Positions 57,950 to 64,000 of a stretch of DNA of 64,000 nt are shown piece after piece. Numbering within the stretch: the stretch's first letter is position 1; the number at the start of each line of letters is the position of its first letter. The notes below the pieces were generated by a model. It saw only the letters and a list, made by a program, of their open reading frames with translations. It searched no databases and was not told where the DNA came from. Source of the stretch: a virus. Location of the stretch: positions 1 through 64,000 of the IMG/VR virus record IMGVR_UViG_3300007623_000006; one strand, 5' to 3'. The position numbers were made by a program, and so were the translations under genes.

Positions 57950-58132
57950 ATGGTATTAGTATACAATAAAAATGGAGAGACTACAGAACCATGTAGCAAC
58001 AAAATTGCTAGGCTACTGTTAAAAGAAGATAAAGCAACTGTAAAGTCTTACAGACCATTTACTATACAACTTAAATTCAACTTAGATGAATTGTATAAAA
58101 AATTTATTGAAGATAAAGCAGGTGACAAATAA
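57950..58132 (+). CDS. Stand-alone RRXRR/PLMP-like micro-protein (N-terminal domain of IscB)
   Basis: VLVYNKNG.TTEPC...ARLLLK..KA.V..YRPFTIQL matches the V.VL..NG.PLMP...AR.LLK.GKA.V...PFTIQL pattern. Confidence 0.75.
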   Translation: MVLVYNKNGETTEPCSNKIARLLLKEDKATVKSYRPFTIQLKFNLDELYKKFIEDKAGDK

Positions 58133-58806
58133 TGGCACTATTATTCAATGAAATACAATCATCATACATTTTACTTAAAAATACCTTTAATAATGTTCTA
58201 AAGGACAGTAAAAATGCACAAGAAGCATTTGAAAGATTAGACTCATTACTTGTACCTGCTACACAAGAAAAAGATGGTTTATTTGCTGCAAGTGATAAAT
58301 TAAAACTTGACACATTACAAGACACTGTAGAAGATGGTGGTATTGGTCATATTTCACTTACAAGTGGGTACGGAACATACTCATTTGAGTCTAACACTAT
58401 AGAGGACACATATACAATACACCACAACCTAAATTCTTTCAATTTGACTGTGACAGTTATGTTTATGAATGATGAAGGTTATTGGGAAAATGCAGTATTC
58501 CCTATGAAATACCTAGACGAGAACACTATTTTTATAGAACTTATAGAACCAAGAGAAGTTATTGTACATATAAATGCAGTTGAGTATTTTTTCTCATTCT
58601 CATATGAAAATAATAATTCACAATTAGTACACGAAATAACTCACAATTTAAATTCGTTTAATTTACTGTATAACATTATGATTTATGACATTGAAGAAGC
58701 AGTTTGGAAAAACGACCTTGCTAAATTTGTTTATAAAGATGAAAATAACTGCATTTTAACTTTAACTGATGCTTCACCATGTAGAGTGAACTTTATTAGA
58801 CTTTAG
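58132..58806 (+). CDS. Virion-like protein with two HNLNS domains
   Basis: ATQEKDGLFAASDKLKLD fibre motif; two I.HNLNSFNL repeats. Confidence 0.6.
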   Translation: MALLFNEIQSSYILLKNTFNNVLKDSKNAQEAFERLDSLLVPATQEKDGLFAASDKLKLDTLQDTVEDGGIGHISLTSGYGTYSFESNTIEDTYTIHHNLNSFNLTVTVMFMNDEGYWENAVFPMKYLDENTIFIELIEPREVIVHINAVEYFFSFSYENNNSQLVHEITHNLNSFNLLYNIMIYDIEEAVWKNDLAKFVYKDENNCILTLTDASPCRVNFIRL

Positions 58807-58888
58807 AATTTCGTTTAAATAAATATATATGAAATTAAGAAGACTAAAATCTTTTTAATATGCATATTAAATAAAAACGGAGAAAAAA

Positions 58889-61030
58889 ATGGCAAATTTT
58901 ATTAAAGCACACGGATTATCTATCGCTAATGGTGGATATGTTGAGAATGCTATAATTGAAACATTAACTACTGCACCAGCATCATTAGAAGTTGGTAGAT
59001 TGTATTACGATTCAACTGCTTCAGAATTAAAGTATGTTAAAGCTGATGGTGGTGTTGCTACTGTTAAGACTTTCGCTACAAAAGAAGATGCTGATGCATT
59101 TAAAGCGTTATTAGATTCAACTGATGGAGCTGCAGAAGTTGGTGTTACTGGTGTTACTGGTGTTAATGGTGAGTTTAGTATTACTGACGGTGATGTTCAA
59201 GTTTCTGTAGATGCAATTGTTGCTGCTATTGATGCTGAAATTAAAGCAAGAAAAAATGCTATCACAACTGAAGCAAATGCTAGAACTGCAGCTGATACTG
59301 CAATTACAACTGCTTATGAAGCGGCTGATACTGCAATTACAACTGCTTATGAAGCGGCTGATACTGCAATTAATGCAACAATTACTGCATTAAAAGATGG
59401 TTCTGAATCAACAATCGCTGACTTAGATGGAGCTGATGCTGCACAAGTTGCAAGATTAGTTGCGTTAGAAGATTTAGTTGATGGTGATATGGGTGACATG
59501 ACAACATTAACTACAGACCATAAGGACACATTAGTTGGAGCAATTAACGAAGTTGATGCAAACGCTGATGCTACTGCTGCTGATTTAGCACAAGAAATCT
59601 CTGATAGAGAAACTGCTATTACTGATTTAACTACTTACACTGATACAAACTTTGTAAACAAAACTACTTCATCATTACAATCAATTGTTGCTGATGTTAA
59701 TATGGGTGGTTCTTTAACAGTTACTGGTGACTTAACAGTTAACGGTGGTAACTTTGTTACTGAAGCTGAAGTTGTTACTTTTGCTGACAATGTTTTAACA
59801 TTAAACTCTAATGTTACAACTGGTGCACCAACTGAAAACGCTGGTTTAGAAGTTTCAAGAGGTGATGAGGGTACATTATCTATCTTCACATTCAATGAGT
59901 TAAATGATTATGTTACTATTCCTGTATGGGATGCTACTGCAAATGAAGGTGCTGGTGCGTTTGTTCAAGACGAAATCGCTGGTAAAACATGGGCTGGTGC
60001 TGAATTCTTAAGAATTGAAGATGCTACTGCTGCATTAGGTGCTGATTTACAAGCTGAATTAGACCTTAGTCAAGCTAGTGCTGGATTAACTGTAGACGGT
60101 GAGTATGTTGTTGCAACATCTGCTAACTACATCGCTACTGCTACAACTTTACACAATGCTACAGTATTATTAGATACACAAGCTAAAACAACTGCTGACG
60201 CTTTAGCACAAGAAATTTCTGACAGAGAATCTGCTGTAACAGCTGAAGAAACTGCAAGAATTGCTGCTGATACTGCTGAAGAAACTGCAAGAATTGCAGG
60301 TGATGACGCTTTAGACGCAAGAGTTACTACAGTTGAAGAACAAGTAAATGGTAAAATTGGTGAATTATCTACATTAACTAATACTGATAATGACACTGGT
60401 TTAGTTGCTGAAAATATTGTTGATGCTATCAATGATGTTGATGCTGATTTAAGTGCTGAAGTTTCTAGAGCAACTGGTGCTGAAGCTGCTATTTCAGGTG
60501 TAATTACTGCATTAAAAGATGGTTCAACTTCTACAATTAAAAATTTAGATGATGCAATCGCTTTAAATACAACTAACTTAAACCAAGAAATTTCTGATAG
60601 ACAAGCTGCAATCACTGCTGAGCAAACTGCTAGAGAAAATGCTGATTCTGCAATCAACTCTACTATCACTGCATTAAAAGACGGTTCTACTTCAACTATT
60701 GCTGATTTAGATACTGCTATTGCTGATGAAGTAACTAGAGCAACTGGTGCTGAAGCGACTATCAATACTACAATTTCAACAATGAAAACTGATATTAATG
60801 CAATGTACTACACATTCACTGCAGATGTAGCTGGTTCTACATTCAATATTGCACATAACTTAAATTCTGAATTTGTTTCAGTACAAGTATGGGTATATGA
60901 TGATGCTACTACTAAATGGAAAAATGACATTGTTGCTATCGAAATCGTAGATAACGCAAACTTAAACATTTACTTAACTGAATCTAGAAAAGTTAAAGTA
61001 ATCGTTTCTAAAATCGCTAACTTAGCGTAA
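58889..61030 (+). CDS. Long Ala/Thr/Asp-rich coiled-coil tail fibre-like protein
   Basis: E...R..AD repeats, TLVGAINEV, LTVTGDLTVNG, NAGLEV.RG, C-terminal HNLNS domain; highly biased codon use. Confidence 0.7.
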   Translation: MANFIKAHGLSIANGGYVENAIIETLTTAPASLEVGRLYYDSTASELKYVKADGGVATVKTFATKEDADAFKALLDSTDGAAEVGVTGVTGVNGEFSITDGDVQVSVDAIVAAIDAEIKARKNAITTEANARTAADTAITTAYEAADTAITTAYEAADTAINATITALKDGSESTIADLDGADAAQVARLVALEDLVDGDMGDMTTLTTDHKDTLVGAINEVDANADATAADLAQEISDRETAITDLTTYTDTNFVNKTTSSLQSIVADVNMGGSLTVTGDLTVNGGNFVTEAEVVTFADNVLTLNSNVTTGAPTENAGLEVSRGDEGTLSIFTFNELNDYVTIPVWDATANEGAGAFVQDEIAGKTWAGAEFLRIEDATAALGADLQAELDLSQASAGLTVDGEYVVATSANYIATATTLHNATVLLDTQAKTTADALAQEISDRESAVTAEETARIAADTAEETARIAGDDALDARVTTVEEQVNGKIGELSTLTNTDNDTGLVAENIVDAINDVDADLSAEVSRATGAEAAISGVITALKDGSTSTIKNLDDAIALNTTNLNQEISDRQAAITAEQTARENADSAINSTITALKDGSTSTIADLDTAIADEVTRATGAEATINTTISTMKTDINAMYYTFTADVAGSTFNIAHNLNSEFVSVQVWVYDDATTKWKNDIVAIEIVDNANLNIYLTESRKVKVIVSKIANLA
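59291..59372 (+). repeat. 33-nt coding tandem repeat, 2.5 copies (ADTAITTAYEA)
   Basis: GCTGATACTGCAATTACAACTGCTTATGAAGCG exact duplication. Confidence 0.9.
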
Positions 61031-61098
61031 GTTTTAGAATTTATATAGAGGTCACTGACCTCTATATTCTAATAAAAATATTATAATAAAGGATTATT

Positions 61099-61326
61099 GT
61101 GGAAACACAAAAAACACCTGAAGAATTTCAGACCGAAATACTAACAAAACTTAAAAATCTAACCAATTATGTTAATAGACTTGATAATGTCATTTCCGAA
61201 ATGGATTTAATGAAACCTAAAGAAAATATAGAATCACTTGAAAATCACATATTAATGATACAAGCACAGAAAGAGTTTGTTAAAATGGCACTACAAGAGA
61301 TGAAGGACACATATGGAAACAGTTGA
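61099..61326 (+). CDS. Small coiled-coil hypothetical protein
   Basis: AAGGA SD, GTG start. Confidence 0.6.
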   Translation: METQKTPEEFQTEILTKLKNLTNYVNRLDNVISEMDLMKPKENIESLENHILMIQAQKEFVKMALQEMKDTYGNS

Positions 61327-61546
61327 AATGAAAAAACAACTTCTTGAAAAATGGTTTAAGAGAGTGCATGAACAGATAAATTTATTAGAGTATAGAGTAA
61401 GACACTTAGACTTAAAAGACCCTGCTAACAATCATTATGATTTAATTATAAATGAAGTTGAAACTCAGTTTGAAAATATCAAAGTAATAAGGAAAGTCCT
61501 TAAAAATGACGCATTTATTAGAGGATTTGATTTCAAAGAATTATAA
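61313..61546 (+). CDS. Small coiled-coil hypothetical protein (possible paralog of 61099)
   Basis: AAGGA SD; shared N.L..(V/I)...DL..P pattern. Confidence 0.6.
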   Translation: METVEMKKQLLEKWFKRVHEQINLLEYRVRHLDLKDPANNHYDLIINEVETQFENIKVIRKVLKNDAFIRGFDFKEL

Positions 61547-61642
61547 ATACAGTAGATTAATAAGTTGTTAATCGATAGTCATAAAAAAGAGAGGGATGAC
61601 TACCCTCGGCAACCCTATAAAAATAAAAAAGAGGTAATAACA

Positions 61643-61846
61643 ATGGCAAAAATAGACGGATTTTCAGTAGAAAAAAACGGTAAAATAGTAAGAATGGTAA
61701 AATTACAATGCGATGAGTGTGGTTTTGAATGTGTAGCAGCTGAAGCTGGTATGAAAAAATTAGAAAACATTTATGCTGGGCATGTATGTAATAACTGTAT
61801 TGCTAAGAAAAATGTAGCTGTAGGTTCTAAGTGGAAAAAAGCATAA
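61643..61846 (+). CDS. Small Zn-ribbon protein
   Basis: CDECG..CNNC; GAGG SD before ATG 61643; late promoter TATAAATA 61542-61549. Confidence 0.65.
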   Translation: MAKIDGFSVEKNGKIVRMVKLQCDECGFECVAAEAGMKKLENIYAGHVCNNCIAKKNVAVGSKWKKA

Positions 61847-61866
61847 TCTTATTTTAGGAGATTAAC

Positions 61867-61986
61867 ATGACACTTTATGAAAAAGGCAGAGAAAGAAAAT
61901 TAGCATTAAAAACAAGAGTTGAGCTAATCAAGTCTAAACAAAGAGAAAAGACTGCTAGACTAAATCTTAAAAGAATTGGTTTATAA
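61867..61986 (+). CDS. 39-aa basic peptide (below ORF-track cutoff)
   Basis: AGGAG SD; MTLYEKGRERKLALKTRVELIKSKQREKTARLNLKRIGL*. Confidence 0.55.
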   Translation: MTLYEKGRERKLALKTRVELIKSKQREKTARLNLKRIGL

Positions 61987-62007
61987 AGTCTGATAACAGG
62001 AGATAAT

Positions 62008-62511
62008 ATGGCAGATATTAATGTATTTAGTGACCTTAATATGAAGAGTTCAGCTTTTAGGCTGCATTCTTATGCTGGTTTCCCTACTAACCCAACACCA
62101 GGAGAGTTAACTGTCGCAGATGGTGCGCTTTTCTGTTACACTGAGTTAGAAGGTCAACTGCAATGGTTACCATTAACAAATAAAAGAGAGTTTCATACAC
62201 ACAAACAAGAGACTGCATCAAGTACATGGTTAGTTGAACACAATTTAGGTACAACTGATTTTATTTTTGCAGTATATGATGTGAATAATATGTTACAATT
62301 AGCAAATGCAACACCAATTACTGTTGATTCTATACAAGTTGAATTAACACACGAAATGATAGGTAAATGTGTTGTAATAGGTGCGAGTAATAAATTCGCC
62401 GGGTATCAATCATGTTCGGATACACAGTCTTTGACTGAAACTATTACATATGGTACTGAAGAACCAACAGGTGAAGAGGATAGTGTCCTTTATTTTCAAG
62501 TAGGAGTTTAA
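62008..62511 (+). CDS. Virion-like protein with HNL domain
   Basis: FPTNPTPGE, HKQETASSTWLVEHNLG. Confidence 0.6.
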   Translation: MADINVFSDLNMKSSAFRLHSYAGFPTNPTPGELTVADGALFCYTELEGQLQWLPLTNKREFHTHKQETASSTWLVEHNLGTTDFIFAVYDVNNMLQLANATPITVDSIQVELTHEMIGKCVVIGASNKFAGYQSCSDTQSLTETITYGTEEPTGEEDSVLYFQVGV

Positions 62512-62512
62512 T

Positions 62513-64000
62513 ATGTTAAACATAAAGACCTCTCAAGGCTTTACACCTCCACAAAACATATTTTATAAAAATGGAGAAGACTTTTTACAAGTTAAAAAGG
62601 TTTTCTCTAACCCGGTGATTTTAGAAAGAAATGTACTATGTTCTTGTGAAACTGGAACATCTGTTCTTGTTAAGCAACTTGTAGGTTATATGAATACTCT
62701 TTTAGAATTACAAAAGTATGAAACACCAGAAGAACAAGCAGCTCTACAAACAGAAATTGCTTCATTATCAAATGAAATTGAATCATTAAAAATTGAACAA
62801 ATTATATTAAATCAGCAAATTGAAATAATAGATAATAATAGACATCTTATTAACAATGTCAATACTACTGCTGACGCATTAGAAAAAATTACAAAATATG
62901 TTTTACAAGACGATTCTGACCCTCAGATAGCTATTAAAATTGTTACTGGTTCTGGAACAAAAAATCCAGATGTACAATTTAGCCCTTTACCAGATGATAT
63001 GTTTAAATATGAAGGTAACTATTATTATATAGCAAGTCAAAGTAATCAAACAACTGCATTACAATATTTAACTGATATATTTGGTGAAGGAAAAGTATCT
63101 CTAGAAGTGTTTTCGTCAAACCAGATAACTACAAAAATTAGAGAAAGTCTGAAACAATATGTTGATATAAATCTTGGTTCTTTAGAAAAGATTAAAAATC
63201 AACAAATTATTATAGATAAAAAAATAGAGGCAAGAAAACAAATAATTTCTATTGACCCGTCATTAGAAACAGAACATACAGATACATTTATTAAAGAATT
63301 TTATGAAGTTTCATCTTTATTAGAAATAGACTCAACATATTCTAGTAATCTTTTACAAAATACAAGTTTAAGAGCGGACAATTTATATAATTATTCAAGA
63401 ATAGATACTAAAAGCCCTTTATTTCCATATGTTTATGAAAGTTTAAATAATAATGCTAGCGATATTCAATCTAGTATTAATACAGTTAAATCTATTAATA
63501 TAAGTAATAAAATTTCACCTTTAAGCCCTGTACAAGAATATACAAGTTCAGATATACATGAATTTAAATTTAACAAATTAGGGGCATATACAACTGGTGT
63601 TGATTCTATCTATATAGATGGTGTTACTACATTAGAAGAAACTAACGAACATACAAGAATTATTTCTGAAACAGATGATACTGTTCATAATATAAGTACT
63701 CTGAATATTAATGCAACAACTGACAATCATGTAAATATTGTTACACCAGTTGATACATATAGTTACTATGATTTAGGTGAAAATGTTACTGTTACTTCAG
63801 GTTTAGTTGATATAATTTCTGAGAATGGTGACACACTATATCCAATTGAAGCTGTTAATACAATAGCATATTCAGGTGTTGAGGAAAGTGGTAATTTAGA
63901 GATTGATGTTAAAAGTTTAGGTAGTGTTGGTACAACAATGCCAATACCATCAGAATGGGGAAATGAATTTTATGTATCATACACAATTCCGTCTTCTGGT
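62513..64000 (+). CDS. Large hypothetical protein, 3'-truncated by window edge
   Basis: AGGAG SD, ATG 62513 (MLNIKTSQG...); frame appears open to the end (...YTIPSSG). Confidence 0.7.
   Translation, partial: MLNIKTSQGFTPPQNIFYKNGEDFLQVKKVFSNPVILERNVLCSCETGTSVLVKQLVGYMNTLLELQKYETPEEQAALQTEIASLSNEIESLKIEQIILNQQIEIIDNNRHLINNVNTTADALEKITKYVLQDDSDPQIAIKIVTGSGTKNPDVQFSPLPDDMFKYEGNYYYIASQSNQTTALQYLTDIFGEGKVSLEVFSSNQITTKIRESLKQYVDINLGSLEKIKNQQIIIDKKIEARKQIISIDPSLETEHTDTFIKEFYEVSSLLEIDSTYSSNLLQNTSLRADNLYNYSRIDTKSPLFPYVYESLNNNASDIQSSINTVKSINISNKISPLSPVQEYTSSDIHEFKFNKLGAYTTGVDSIYIDGVTTLEETNEHTRIISETDDTVHNISTLNINATTDNHVNIVTPVDTYSYYDLGENVTVTSGLVDIISENGDTLYPIEAVNTIAYSGVEESGNLEIDVKSLGSVGTTMPIPSEWGNEFYVSYTIPSSG

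Noticed and set aside
59347-60765. Antisense ORFs (e.g. 60127..60765, also 26415..26939 and 57255..57644)
   Set aside because: Opposite-strand shadows of well-supported genes, caused by codon bias.
1-64000. Stop-codon reassignment
   Set aside because: Core genes are full length in the standard bacterial code and TAA, TAG and TGA all serve as stops.

Overview
AT-rich segment of a large T4-like (Tevenvirinae/Eucampyvirinae-style) myophage genome. The host is probably a Campylobacterota (epsilon-proteobacterial) species, inferred from nine promoters of the form TTAAGT-N10-TATAAT. The window holds T4 core head, neck and tail genes (gp13, gp14, gp17, gp18, gp20-23, gp3-like) and replication/recombination genes (UvsX, Dda, split gp43, gp46/47, gp44/62, gp41, gp55/gp33, dCMP deaminase). 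It also holds spanins, two GIY-YIG homing endonucleases, a Cas4-like nuclease, DnaJ, a ClpX/ClpP pair and several adhesin or tail-fibre-like genes. The stand-out is a ~10 kb co-oriented cluster (973-10926) resembling a phage-encoded RiPP-type protein-modification system: two peptidase-U32-family Fe-S enzymes, each followed by a paralogous partner, three radical SAM enzymes, a degenerate PP-loop protein and a 381-aa protein with 17 C-x-C-[DN]-C-N-[YQ] heptad repeats in three blocks. Other notable items are a B-family DNA polymerase split inside its exonuclease domain by a free-standing GIY-YIG gene, a stand-alone IscB-type PLMP/RRXRR micro-protein behind small hairpins, a fibrinogen-like domain protein, a probable structured RNA next to clpP, and apparent GATC avoidance. 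All calls come from motif recognition by eye; no searches were run.
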